Positions 27,806 to 38,214 of a DNA stretch of 62,840 nucleotides are shown here, piece by piece; position 1 is the first letter of the stretch, and the number at the start of each line of letters is the position of its first letter. The notes below the pieces were generated by a model that was given only the letters and a program-made list of their open reading frames with translations, was not told the DNA's origin and did not search any database. The DNA comes from Bacillota bacterium (GTDB lineage Bacteria; Bacillota; Ch66; Ch109), in contig JBMNLH010000006.1 in assembly GCA_050952625.1 (NCBI GenBank), positions 1-62,840 of the forward strand. The letters are read 5' to 3'. The position numbers and the translations under genes are program-made.

Positions 27806-29614
27806 CTAATCAGCTTCCACCAGCTTAACACCATCTACCAAAGCTAAACAGCAGATTTTTCCGTTTGTGAACCGCTGACCTCGTGCATTAAACCGTTCAG
27901 CACTTGCTGAAAGAAATGCTTGTTTTCTAGCTCTTGTCAAGCCAACATAAAACACGCAAAGATCGTCCAATATTGGGTTCTTCATTTGTTCAGGTAACGT
28001 TTTCGGCAGTTTGCAAAATGCACTGCCTGATGTATTTCTTAAGCTTGGACAATCTCTGCACAAGAAAGTAAAACCCCACTGTTCAACATCAGAAAGAACA
28101 ACATAATCCCATTCAAGCCCTTTCGCTCCATGGACAGTGGAGAGTATCACCCGAGAATCTACATACTCCATTGCCTGTTTCAGTTGTCTGTTCTCAAAGA
28201 TATCCAATAATAATGTGTATTTGTCCTCAGACAACAAATCAGAATAATCAACCGATACTTTCTCTACTAGAGCGTCAAGCAAATAAAGCAGGGAATCAAT
28301 AGTCTTCATGTTTGATTGTGAATAAGCAGTCTTAATGCTTGCAGCAAACGCGATTAGAGCTTTCTTATTTATGTTCTTAGATTTGCCAAATCTCTTGATG
28401 AACATTTCCTGGCATTTGTTGTGGAATTCTACATAATCCAAGTCTTCGTCAGTAAACATACCGTAGAAATACGGGATACTATTATTTGAAAGTTCCGCTT
28501 CGACAATTTCGGCGTTTTTTCCACGTCCGCGAAAGAGTATAGCTATTTTACTCGTATCGTCTCGTAGAAGGCTTTGTACTTTCGCAATAACCTTGCACGC
28601 CTCCTCTTTCTGAGTGCTCCCCCAAAATGCTGGTAGTCTTGCAGTATCAGAATCAGTAATCTTTGGGTCAAAGCAAGTCGCTGCGTTCGCCCTAATATTT
28701 GCGTCAAGCTTAAGCATCTCCGGATTGTTGCGGAAGCGGTAGTTCTTAACAAGTGCTATTTGGGTCATACCATATTTCGATGTTGCCGTAGACATTATAT
28801 CAGGCAACGCCCCAATGAAACCGTAAATACGCTGCAAAGGATCTCCAAGAAAAACCAATTGGGTATGGACGGAGATCATTGACTCCAGTAAAGACCAAGC
28901 AATGCAGTTTGTATCTTGAAACTCGTCGACAACGAGTAGCGGGTAGTAGCTTTGATAGAACTTCCTTACCTCAGGGAAGCGTGCGAAAATCTCCAGCACA
29001 AACAGAATGACAGCGTTATGTGTAATGTATTCCAAAGGCAGGAGTTTCCTGATAACGATGTCATTGTATTCGTGTATAGTCTGTGCATCAGGAGCACTGG
29101 AAGCCTTAATGGAGGTTTCTATACCTTCAAGCCGCTGGGTTTCTGATGCAGATAAAGTAGTATTTAGATCTTGGCGTCTGCTAATTTCACTTTCGCTGAT
29201 CGCCTTGAATAGATTGACATCTTTTCGCAATACGTCAGAGATAAGATAGCCGTACTTTTTCAAAACCCCCTTGCAAAACCCGTGGTAGTTCGTGACAGTT
29301 ACTTTCTCGCCTATGGCAACCGGACTGTTTTGTTCGCCAAGGAGTACGGGCAATTTCTCTGCGACTTCCCGTTTGACTTTCAGTGCGGCATTCACGCTAA
29401 AGGTTAGTCCTAGTATACGCTTGGGGTTTGGTATGCCACCTGAAGCGTACAGGTAAGCAATGCGGCTAATCATAGTGGTCGTCTTACCATACCCGGCAGG
29501 TGCTTCCACTATCAAGCGTGGACTATCTGAAAAGATAACTTCAAGTTGTTTTTCATCACCCTCATGTTGCTTTGAAATTTTTGCCTTTAGTTCTGCAAGA
29601 ATGGCATTAGGCAA
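27806..29614 (-). CDS. UvrD/SF1 helicase, GajB-like
   Basis: APAGYGKTT, LTFS, VDEFQD, GDPLQRIYGF, NYR, STVHGAKGLEW, YVGLTRAR; TTG start overlaps the upstream stop; GGAGG RBS. Confidence 0.88.
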   Translation of the reverse strand: MPNAILAELKAKISKQHEGDEKQLEVIFSDSPRLIVEAPAGYGKTTTMISRIAYLYASGGIPNPKRILGLTFSVNAALKVKREVAEKLPVLLGEQNSPVAIGEKVTVTNYHGFCKGVLKKYGYLISDVLRKDVNLFKAISESEISRRQDLNTTLSASETQRLEGIETSIKASSAPDAQTIHEYNDIVIRKLLPLEYITHNAVILFVLEIFARFPEVRKFYQSYYPLLVVDEFQDTNCIAWSLLESMISVHTQLVFLGDPLQRIYGFIGALPDIMSTATSKYGMTQIALVKNYRFRNNPEMLKLDANIRANAATCFDPKITDSDTARLPAFWGSTQKEEACKVIAKVQSLLRDDTSKIAILFRGRGKNAEIVEAELSNNSIPYFYGMFTDEDLDYVEFHNKCQEMFIKRFGKSKNINKKALIAFAASIKTAYSQSNMKTIDSLLYLLDALVEKVSVDYSDLLSEDKYTLLLDIFENRQLKQAMEYVDSRVILSTVHGAKGLEWDYVVLSDVEQWGFTFLCRDCPSLRNTSGSAFCKLPKTLPEQMKNPILDDLCVFYVGLTRARKQAFLSASAERFNARGQRFTNGKICCLALVDGVKLVEAD

Positions 29615-31334
29615 TGCTCGCCACCTCCCGCGCCTTGAAAATTGCATCGGCATAACAAGCAGGTATGAGGTCAGCTGGTAGCAATTCGCCGATAATCCGT
29701 CCCAGGAGAACATCCTTCTTTGCCATAAACCAAGCGGAGTACATTTGGCAGAACTCAATCTCATCATCATCATTGACATCTGATAGCTTCTTAGGTACAT
29801 AGCCTGTCATATCAACACCCATCTTTTTGAAGTGCTTCCGCACGAAATCGGCATCCATTTCGACAGACTCTGCATTGCTGGATAAATCCTTAGCAATTTT
29901 CCTTACCAGGGCAGTTTGACCATTTAAAAATAGTTTCTTAACAATTTCAATTTCAAAGCAGAGTTCTTGTGTGAAAAACTCGTTATTAGCTGGGGTATGT
30001 CCAGTCCTAACATCACCGTCATAGATAGCTATGCTTGGGATTTTAAATTTTTCCAGTAATTGGCGAAGTGGTTTGATTGACTCTTCGCCTCTTGCATTTA
30101 TAACGCAGATGCCATAATCATCTAGCGATACGCCAAGTTTTTCGGCAAAACTATGAATGCAACCATATTCGGTTTCACCCTCAATCAACACGGCACAATG
30201 GGCGTAAAACGCCTCCTTTATTTCGGGGAAACGCATAATCATATGTTTCTCGTTTGCTGAGGTGAATCTAAGTGTGGCACCACTAACTACTGCCGTTTTG
30301 TTCTCTTCCTTATAAAAGCGGATGAGGTTGCGGTAGTCCCCAACCAAAGCGTCTGTTGAGTGTGTGACAACAATAAGCTGACCATCAATGCCGTCAATTC
30401 CGAAGCACAGCTTCAGCAACTCGGCAAATTCAGCATCCTCATTTTGCAGAATTCGTTTGTAATAGCCAATGAGCGAACGCTGGAGATAAGGGTGTAGATG
30501 AACTTCTGGCTCATCAATTGATAGAACAATCGGTAAAAGCATTTTTCCATCATTGTCTCTGAAAAGCTGTTCATTAAATGGTGCAGATTTGCTTTTATAG
30601 AGCTCCATAATCTGGCATAAGATGTTAATCGAAGCCATAGCCATATACTGAACACCGCTACCCGTTGTGTCAATTTTCCTGTCGCCATCTGATAGGTAAT
30701 ACAGGCTGGTCAACATCTCAGTAGGGTTAGGGGCAACAGTCGCTTTTATAGCGTAATCCCTAAAGCTGCGAATTTTGCCCAGATGTCCGTTTATAAATTC
30801 CGTCAATTTGTCTACCTGCTCATTATTCAGAAAGGTAGGGGTTTCCTCATCGCTCGTTATGAATCTCTCGATGATGCCATTAATCAGCAAGCCTGCGCCT
30901 TTCTGCGTGTCCAGGCGCAACTCTCTACTTGGAATGGATGTTGTTTCATATTTCAAGAAGTTAATTTTTCTTAATTGCTTTATCTGAATACTCTCGTTGG
31001 AATCGGCACTGACAATAGTCGGGTATGCCTCTTTTATCGTCTGACGATACCGTATTTTCAATAATGAGGCATCATCAGGGGAGAAGTTGTCGCCGAAGAA
31101 GCCTTGTTCGTTTGGCGATAACTTGACTTCCATTTCAACCTCGATGGGCTTTTCAGAATCATAGAAGTCCTTATCATCAAAGCCTTTACCACTACACACA
31201 GTACTGAGGAGAGATAGAAAGTTGCTTTTCCCAAGGTTGTTTTCTCCGATAATGTAATTATGTTCCGGATGGAAGTTGACGGTGATACCATCAATATTCC
31301 TATAATTAGAAACCCGTACATAGGTTATTTTCAT
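29607..31334 (-). CDS. OLD-family ATP-dependent nuclease (ABC ATPase + TOPRIM), GajA-like
   Basis: IGENNLGKSN, IDEPEVHLHP, VTHS, TOPRIM IEGETE and YDGD. Confidence 0.9.
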   Translation of the reverse strand: MKITYVRVSNYRNIDGITVNFHPEHNYIIGENNLGKSNFLSLLSTVCSGKGFDDKDFYDSEKPIEVEMEVKLSPNEQGFFGDNFSPDDASLLKIRYRQTIKEAYPTIVSADSNESIQIKQLRKINFLKYETTSIPSRELRLDTQKGAGLLINGIIERFITSDEETPTFLNNEQVDKLTEFINGHLGKIRSFRDYAIKATVAPNPTEMLTSLYYLSDGDRKIDTTGSGVQYMAMASINILCQIMELYKSKSAPFNEQLFRDNDGKMLLPIVLSIDEPEVHLHPYLQRSLIGYYKRILQNEDAEFAELLKLCFGIDGIDGQLIVVTHSTDALVGDYRNLIRFYKEENKTAVVSGATLRFTSANEKHMIMRFPEIKEAFYAHCAVLIEGETEYGCIHSFAEKLGVSLDDYGICVINARGEESIKPLRQLLEKFKIPSIAIYDGDVRTGHTPANNEFFTQELCFEIEIVKKLFLNGQTALVRKIAKDLSSNAESVEMDADFVRKHFKKMGVDMTGYVPKKLSDVNDDDEIEFCQMYSAWFMAKKDVLLGRIIGELLPADLIPACYADAIFKAREVASIA

Positions 31335-31382
31335 ATAATCTCCTTCCAGCACCGTATTGCTAAGTCTAAAACCGATAGAGAT

Positions 31383-33890
31383 TTAGTCTTCACGTATAGC
31401 ATCTACCTCAAAAATTCTATCAAGCTCCTCGTTTGACGTAATACCGCGAACCTTATTTCTGACTGTTGTTTTTCCCATATCCAATCGATAGAAATGTTCG
31501 TGACCATCTACACCTTTTTTTAGACGAATGAGCTGAATTCTGCCAAATTTATCCCAGTGTTTCTCGGCAAATTTCGCCAAGCCTACAGCCTTGGGGTAAT
31601 TATCCTTACGACTGGGGTCATGTGGTTCCAGAATATCGAAAACGTAACCCTGTGCATCTGCTCTAACAACCACTAAATCCGGGAACATAGAAGTGGTAAT
31701 ACCGCTAACTTCATACGGTATTTCAAGTGACCACTTTTTACGGTCGAGATTACGTAACCAGCAGACGGCACCGTTTTTAAGTTCTTCTTTAATAACTCCG
31801 CTCTCCCATTGGTTTAGTGATGTTTGGAATGTATCGTCCTCGGAACAATATAGGTGCTGTTCAAACTTAATGCTATCATCTGGCACAGAGAAATCGATTG
31901 AATCGGGTAATACCCATGGCACAGCTATCGGTTGTACAGAAGCATTGATTAACCTTTCATAAAAATTTTTTCGTGCCTCGTTTAATTTTGCAATGGAGCG
32001 CTTATTGTCTTCGTAGAGATTAATGAATTTTTCCTCTGCAAAGGCTTCTATTCGTTCCATTGCGTCCGTGTCGTTTGTAAGAACGATGATCTCCTTTTTT
32101 ATATCGATATGGTCACGGCTACTGTGCCGAATCCAATATTCTTTGTGCAGGCCTTCGCCCAACAGCTTTCCGGCCTGTTCAAAATGTCGTGAAATATCGA
32201 AATCCGATACTGTCATGGTCTGTGTTGCTTCGTCAAAGGAATAGGCATTGTCTCCGTACTCAAATATGAGTGTACCCAGAGCAAATCCGGTGATCGCAGC
32301 AGCTCGGCTGTTAAATTCTCCGCTTTCTTTTATCCGCGCAATTTCCTCATCCATTTTTGATAGAACTGCATGTTTAACTGTTTTCTGCGCTCCTAAATCA
32401 ATGCCGTCCATCGTCAGTGCTCGGGAAAGCTGTATTAGTAACTTAAGAGGTGCCTGTTTGCGAGATGAATCTACCCGGTAAGTGACGAGGTTATCCATTG
32501 CATCAAACACATCGGCATAGGCAAGATTGCGACCAAGTGTAACAAGTTCTTTGTTAGTACCTGTTTCGGCGGGCATAGCCGACTCACTATCGCGTAGAGC
32601 ATTAACCACATTTTTCACTGTATCTTCGTCAAAGTACGGAAGAAAAAGGCTCACGCTATTAAGTTCAGCATCGGAGGCAATTCTTCTCGCTAAAGGAGTG
32701 CGAATCATACGACCTAAAAGCTGCGCAATAAAAGTATAGTCTTGTGCACTGCGGAACGACATCATCGTTTCAGCACGTGGACAGTCCCAGCCTGTGGAAA
32801 GGTTCATTTTGAAGAATACTACCTTCACATTTTCTTCGTCTTCAATTCGAGAGGCCTCGATTTGCTGAATTTCGACGTCACGTACTTTAATCGTGCCACG
32901 GTCATTAAAGGTATGTACCACTTCACCAGGCAGTAATTTGCGCCCCAGTGATTCCTCAAGTAAATCAATACAAGCCCCAATATCAGTATGGGTTACTTCG
33001 CGTTCGTTGCCATCTTCGACTTGAACAACGAGAATAGGATTTACCATTTTCTCGTTTTCGCGTTCACAGTAAGCTTTCCAGTGAGAGCACTTTTTAAGCC
33101 AATTTTCTACTGCACCCTTGAACATGGTCATTTCGGCACTTAGTTGAATATCCGGGAAATGAATGATGATTCTGTCCTTTAAAAGTCCGGAATCACGCAC
33201 ATGCTCAGGAGGAACGATGACTTTCTGAACTGTCGATGTAGTTCCAGCAATTAAATTATCAAATCTCTGAGGGGTTGCAGTTACACCGATAACAAGAGGC
33301 ATAATGCATAGCCCGTCATCCTCGCTACCTTTAATGAATTTCTGCATGATGGACTGTGCCTTGTTCTCCGCTTGAACGGATGTATAGGTGCCCCTGTGCG
33401 CTTCATCAATCACCACATAAAACTGCTTTGGATAACGCATGGCAGTGTTGGTAAGTGTTTCCCAAATTGAATACTGCCGTGTATCGGACTTTGCCGTCAA
33501 TAGTTTGTCAGAACCTATTTTTTGTGTGTTCAGAAAATAGATGCGGCCACCTTCAAGATACTCGGCGCTAAAGTTTGCATCAATAGTAACTAAATCCCGT
33601 ACACGGATTTTATCAGACTTGCTTTCAATTTTTAGCCGCGTTTGCTCATTAAGTTCCGGTGAATCGGAAAGCCAAACAAACACTGACTTCGGCTCGCCAA
33701 TGTTATCTGCACTCCCAAATAGAATTTCTTCAAAGAGTGTGGTCATGATGATTGTTTTTCCCGAACCTGTAGGTGCGGAAAAGGAAATTACTTGTGGGTC
33801 ACGTTCGCTCCACATCAAGTGTGCTTTATTGATCTTTTCATGCAATTCAGCAAGGGCTGTTTCCTGAAACGGAAATAATGTATCTCTCAT
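31383..33890 (-). CDS. Type III restriction-like Res subunit (SF2 helicase + C-terminal nuclease-like domain)
   Basis: APTGSGKT, IDEAH, TATP, GWDCPRA, Q.LGR..R; C-terminal FPD...LEPH. Confidence 0.82.
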   Translation of the reverse strand: MRDTLFPFQETALAELHEKINKAHLMWSERDPQVISFSAPTGSGKTIIMTTLFEEILFGSADNIGEPKSVFVWLSDSPELNEQTRLKIESKSDKIRVRDLVTIDANFSAEYLEGGRIYFLNTQKIGSDKLLTAKSDTRQYSIWETLTNTAMRYPKQFYVVIDEAHRGTYTSVQAENKAQSIMQKFIKGSEDDGLCIMPLVIGVTATPQRFDNLIAGTTSTVQKVIVPPEHVRDSGLLKDRIIIHFPDIQLSAEMTMFKGAVENWLKKCSHWKAYCERENEKMVNPILVVQVEDGNEREVTHTDIGACIDLLEESLGRKLLPGEVVHTFNDRGTIKVRDVEIQQIEASRIEDEENVKVVFFKMNLSTGWDCPRAETMMSFRSAQDYTFIAQLLGRMIRTPLARRIASDAELNSVSLFLPYFDEDTVKNVVNALRDSESAMPAETGTNKELVTLGRNLAYADVFDAMDNLVTYRVDSSRKQAPLKLLIQLSRALTMDGIDLGAQKTVKHAVLSKMDEEIARIKESGEFNSRAAAITGFALGTLIFEYGDNAYSFDEATQTMTVSDFDISRHFEQAGKLLGEGLHKEYWIRHSSRDHIDIKKEIIVLTNDTDAMERIEAFAEEKFINLYEDNKRSIAKLNEARKNFYERLINASVQPIAVPWVLPDSIDFSVPDDSIKFEQHLYCSEDDTFQTSLNQWESGVIKEELKNGAVCWLRNLDRKKWSLEIPYEVSGITTSMFPDLVVVRADAQGYVFDILEPHDPSRKDNYPKAVGLAKFAEKHWDKFGRIQLIRLKKGVDGHEHFYRLDMGKTTVRNKVRGITSNEELDRIFEVDAIRED

Positions 33891-36341
33891 TTATGAATCC
33901 CTCCTGCTCCCCAACACAAAGTTGTCGATGTAATCGCGGTATAGTTGGTATGTTTTATTTACTTTTATGCCAGCGGTCATTTCACGGAAGGCGTCCTCGG
34001 AGTTTGTTACGAAATAGACCACCCTGATTTTATCTTCTTCCGAGAGCTTTTCGGCAAACTCAGCAAACTTTGTTTCATCAACCAGAACAGCAAAGCCGTT
34101 CCGTGGAAGAATTAACATTTCTGGTTCTTCATCGCTGCTCAGTTCAGGTCGCTTACCAAGTGCACCAGATTTCAGCCACAGCAGTGGTAGTATTTCATGA
34201 AACTGCTGTCCCAACGACACGCTGTTTTTATCCAAAAAACCAAGTTTAAAATATTCGACATTGGCAGGGAAGCCCTCACTCATGGGGCGCTTCACTTGTG
34301 TTGTCTCGCTAATGGGACCAAGCAAATCAGTAACCAGTGCTTTAATTTCTTTGAATCTCGCGGTCTCTTTGACCAATATGTAAAAGTCTGTGATGTGGTC
34401 TTGATCTTCCAACGCTTCAAGCCATTCATCAACAGCGTTTATATCAAATAAAACCGACGCTGAGTGTTTATCCGAAACAATAAATTTGCTGCCCGCTTTT
34501 ACCAACGTTTGGGGCAGTTGTGCCTTTCCATCCTTGCCACGAAGCAAGGAAACAAGCTGCTTTTTAGCGTTGGTTGTTAGTTCTGTGGGGTTCTCTACAA
34601 AGCCGAGCTGATAGAATGAACGATCAACTTCCTTTGTTACGGTCTGGTTCGTAAAGTACTCTCCCGTTAGAACTGTGCCATCGTCACGTTTGCCAAGAAT
34701 GCTATATTTTGTCCTCGGCCAAGTTACAGCGCGGCAAATTCCGTGTTTTTCCCATTCGAGGTCACCTGGTTGGTAGCCATTTCTGTGTAAATCCCGTGCC
34801 TCGTCAACTGAAACCTCATTATTTGTGACCAATATGCACCGTCTTTGGCCGTTATCCTCAACGTTCAACAGATTCACGGCATGGAGAGTTGTACCACTTC
34901 CGGCAAAGAAATCAACGATAAGGGCTTTTTTATTATTTCGAACAACTGCCATAATTGCATCTTTAGTAGAATAAAGTGATTTCGGGAAAGAAAATGCTCT
35001 TGACTGACCTACAATACTTGAAACCATGTCAGAACCATAAGCCCCAGCGTCATGATAAGAGCGGTGCCATACCGTTTTAATTACACGAGTATCATCCCTA
35101 GCATATTCAATGGTAACAACATTAGTAATCGGGTCACGACCGACAATTCGGATACCGCCACGCTCAATTTGTTGTTGATTTGGTTGACTTATGTACGAAA
35201 TTCCCCAAGTTCTACGTTGTGAATCATATTTTCCACAAGCTACGTATCCTTTGGAAATCAGGTTGTTTAACGTGTCGCTACCAACACTCCATCTTCCAAA
35301 TGAACCATCTTTTCTAATAGGCCACGCGACTTCATAGCCTTCAATCTTTTCACCAAGAACCGGTGATTGCGATAAAGGTAAGTAATTACCCGCCTTTACA
35401 ACAGCTTGTCGCTCACTATCAACCAGCACAGGATAAAACATACTTTCCCGGTCGCTTCTATTTGCATCTGTTCCTGAACGTAGCAAACCCTTCCAACGTG
35501 GTTTTCTGTTGGGGATAGGTGGGTTTAGCAAATTATCATCGTTGTCAGCAACAAATGCGTTAGGAGCAAAGCAATACACTATATATTCCTCTACCCGCGA
35601 AAAGCGTCCCTGAGTAACCCCTTTAGGGTTTATCACAACTGTTACCATTTGGATATAAAACTCTGGAAAAAGTTGTTCTAACAGAATTCGAAGGTGATGC
35701 ACTTCGTGTTCGTCAATGGTGACGATGAGAACACCTGTGTCTGGGTTCAAAATCCTCTTCGCAATCCTCAGCCGCTTCTGCATCATTGACAGCCACTTGC
35801 TATGACGCCAGCTATCAGAGGAATCCACATAGTCATTGTTGTATTTCCAATCTTTTGCCCCTGTGTTGTATGGCGGGTCGATGTAGATGCAATCTACCTG
35901 TTTGGGGTATAGGTATTCCAGCAATTGGAGAGCGTGGTAGTTGTCTGCTTCAATGAGTGTGTGCCACAGATTACTACCAGGCGCATTCTCTACAGATTCA
36001 ATCGGTTGGAGCATAGGAAATATCGGCTCGCCAAATTGGGCAACCGAAACGAGTTCCGTAAGTGGGATTGCCACAGCATCGCCTGTTATCTTTTTACGGC
36101 AAAGGGCAGTATCGCCATTTAATTTCACCACTGTATAGAAATCATTGATGTGTCCCGTTTTTCGTGCAACGGTCGAGCCAAGTTTGATAGCAACATCATA
36201 AAGCGGAGTACATTCAGGGATGTGTTCCTCGAAAACTAGTCCAAATTTTTTATTCTTAGATAGGCGAGCAACTTCCTGTTCCAAACGAATACGTAAAGAC
36301 GTATCAGGTATTTGCCTTATTAAATCGTTTATTGCAGCCAT
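33891..36341 (-). CDS. Type III R-M-like Mod DNA methyltransferase
   Basis: KKFGLVFEEH, IYIDPPYNTG, WLSMM..RL, FPKS, DFFAGSGTT. Confidence 0.9.
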   Translation of the reverse strand: MAAINDLIRQIPDTSLRIRLEQEVARLSKNKKFGLVFEEHIPECTPLYDVAIKLGSTVARKTGHINDFYTVVKLNGDTALCRKKITGDAVAIPLTELVSVAQFGEPIFPMLQPIESVENAPGSNLWHTLIEADNYHALQLLEYLYPKQVDCIYIDPPYNTGAKDWKYNNDYVDSSDSWRHSKWLSMMQKRLRIAKRILNPDTGVLIVTIDEHEVHHLRILLEQLFPEFYIQMVTVVINPKGVTQGRFSRVEEYIVYCFAPNAFVADNDDNLLNPPIPNRKPRWKGLLRSGTDANRSDRESMFYPVLVDSERQAVVKAGNYLPLSQSPVLGEKIEGYEVAWPIRKDGSFGRWSVGSDTLNNLISKGYVACGKYDSQRRTWGISYISQPNQQQIERGGIRIVGRDPITNVVTIEYARDDTRVIKTVWHRSYHDAGAYGSDMVSSIVGQSRAFSFPKSLYSTKDAIMAVVRNNKKALIVDFFAGSGTTLHAVNLLNVEDNGQRRCILVTNNEVSVDEARDLHRNGYQPGDLEWEKHGICRAVTWPRTKYSILGKRDDGTVLTGEYFTNQTVTKEVDRSFYQLGFVENPTELTTNAKKQLVSLLRGKDGKAQLPQTLVKAGSKFIVSDKHSASVLFDINAVDEWLEALEDQDHITDFYILVKETARFKEIKALVTDLLGPISETTQVKRPMSEGFPANVEYFKLGFLDKNSVSLGQQFHEILPLLWLKSGALGKRPELSSDEEPEMLILPRNGFAVLVDETKFAEFAEKLSEEDKIRVVYFVTNSEDAFREMTAGIKVNKTYQLYRDYIDNFVLGSRRDS

Positions 36342-36344
36342 ATT

Positions 36345-37997
36345 TTAGATCCCCCCATTAATATCATTCGTTTCGTGCTTACTCCACGAACGGCCAAAAA
36401 GCTCATTTTCATCCGACAACCGCAAAATCGTTGTAGCTTCTAAAATCTTGTGTGCCTTTGTGGTTGTAGAATCAGCCTTGTCAAACGCAATAAAGATCTG
36501 TCGTCCACTGGCCTGATAAAGTTCCAATATGTGTTCTAGGTGTATGTCCTCAATGCGTTTGAGAATATTAGAATCATGAATGAGTACAGGGATTGGTCGT
36601 AACTCAAGCACACTTAAATCGTAAACCACCAGGCTCTTAAACGCAGTACCCTCACTGGTGTTTCCAGGAGTCTCAAAGGTAATTTCCTTTTGGGGAGTAA
36701 TCTGCAGAATGGGTGCTATTTCTTGGTGTTCAGTCACTACACCATTTATCGTTGCCATACGTAGGTTGATGTTGTCCTGTATTTCTTCCAGCTTCTCGGT
36801 TTGTTGAAGCATTAGTCTTTCTAGCTTGTGCTCTGCTTCGGCGCGGATTTCCTGCAATTGTTTCTGGTGAATCAACTCGGCTGTTTCCTCTTCTAGTCTA
36901 TCAATGCTTTTTGACACGTTGACACATTGGGAGAGCACTCGTTCCGACATCTCTTTTGCCAAGCCGGATTCCTCTATCTTTTGATGTAAACGTTTGATTT
37001 CTTTATCGCAATGATCAATGAGCGGTTGCAAACGTGCTATTTCCTGAGCCATTTCTTCGCCCAGAATTTCCCTTATTCTCTTATGAAAGTGCTCAATTTC
37101 CTCGAAGGCTTTTATATCAGTATTTGGGAAAAAATGCACCAGGGAATCAAATTCACTGGCGGTTTCAGGATTAGTGTCAGCGATGTTACTCGAAATTGCA
37201 TTAAGCTGAGATTGCAGACGATTGCGTTTGCGGATGAATTTATTCAACTCTTTTTGAGCCGCTTTTATCCGTTCAAATGTCTGTGTATCAAACCCAAACA
37301 GCGCTAACTGGGCCTCTTCACTGTTTTTCATTAGCTTCTGGAGCCTTTTCTTCAGTGACTCTATAGTCTTCTGATTCATTTCAATTTTTGCGGCGTCAAC
37401 CTGCTGACGCTTACGCGATTTAAGCTGCGAGTATTTGACACCAAGTTCTTCCTCCATGTTCTTAATGGCAGAAAGAATATTGTAGTGACCAAATAGTTTC
37501 ATCAGAAAATCAACTGCTTTTTCATCCTGTTCACGAGGCTTTACGAGCAGGGGGTACTTCTCCAGTGTATTTTCCCGGCCATAAATACGAAAATACCGCT
37601 CTGTAATCTCCGAAAATGTAAGGGCTGGAAGTCCAACCTTGTATTCCTGAAAGAGAAAGCTCCGAAATTCATCAAGCGACAACTTTGTAATGAAATGGCC
37701 TTCTTTATCACAGCGATATACATTTTTAGGTTCATCGGTTCTCCGGTAAAAGTAATGTGGCTGTCCTTCAAATTGAAAAGTGAAATAAATGGTATGAGGG
37801 CCGATCTCTTTTTTAATGTCACCAGAAAGGGTGTAGTAGCCTTCACCGCCGAACGCATAGTCGATAATCCACAGAAATGTTGATTTGCCGATGGCATTAC
37901 TGCCGCCAGAACTACCTAAAACCGTATTAAGTCCATAATTAAATTGGATGTTTTGATGCTTAGGTGCAAATTTATCACATCGAATTTCTGTCAACAT
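36345..37997 (-). CDS. SMC/Rad50-like ABC ATPase (DUF2326-type; Lamassu LmuB-like)
   Basis: Walker A GSNAIGKST, long coiled coil, signature-like SEGT, Walker B LIHDS, QIFIAFDK. Confidence 0.85.
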   Translation of the reverse strand: MLTEIRCDKFAPKHQNIQFNYGLNTVLGSSGGSNAIGKSTFLWIIDYAFGGEGYYTLSGDIKKEIGPHTIYFTFQFEGQPHYFYRRTDEPKNVYRCDKEGHFITKLSLDEFRSFLFQEYKVGLPALTFSEITERYFRIYGRENTLEKYPLLVKPREQDEKAVDFLMKLFGHYNILSAIKNMEEELGVKYSQLKSRKRQQVDAAKIEMNQKTIESLKKRLQKLMKNSEEAQLALFGFDTQTFERIKAAQKELNKFIRKRNRLQSQLNAISSNIADTNPETASEFDSLVHFFPNTDIKAFEEIEHFHKRIREILGEEMAQEIARLQPLIDHCDKEIKRLHQKIEESGLAKEMSERVLSQCVNVSKSIDRLEEETAELIHQKQLQEIRAEAEHKLERLMLQQTEKLEEIQDNINLRMATINGVVTEHQEIAPILQITPQKEITFETPGNTSEGTAFKSLVVYDLSVLELRPIPVLIHDSNILKRIEDIHLEHILELYQASGRQIFIAFDKADSTTTKAHKILEATTILRLSDENELFGRSWSKHETNDINGGI

Positions 37998-38214
37998 AGC
38001 GTAGTACCCTCCCTTCATCCATTAGTTCAATTTTCCCCAATGCAAACAAGCAGTCTAAAGCACTTAGAAAATCGCCCATATCCTTCTTCCCTGATGTGGT
38101 TAGTTCAAACAGCTCTTTAGGAGACATATCTCGCTGCGTCAATACTTCTAAGATATCTGGAAAACGGGCGATAACGCTGTTTGTATAAGATGTAACTTTA
38201 TTCGGCAATCTCAT
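37975..38214 (-). CDS. ABC three-component middle component (LmuC-like, small winged helix)
   Basis: MRLPNK...S.I....IL...FL.ALDCLFALGKIE; overlaps both neighbours. Confidence 0.8.
   Translation of the reverse strand: MRLPNKVTSYTNSVIARFPDILEVLTQRDMSPKELFELTTSGKKDMGDFLSALDCLFALGKIELMDEGRVLRYVDRNSM

Noticed and set aside
29615-29800. N-terminal extension of the UvrD ORF in the track
   Set aside because: Overlaps the OLD nuclease gene; the TTG at 29614 has a GGAGG RBS and is coupled to the upstream stop.
33891-36341. Phase-variable mod gene (phasevarion)
   Set aside because: No simple sequence repeat tract seen in the gene, and the frame is intact.
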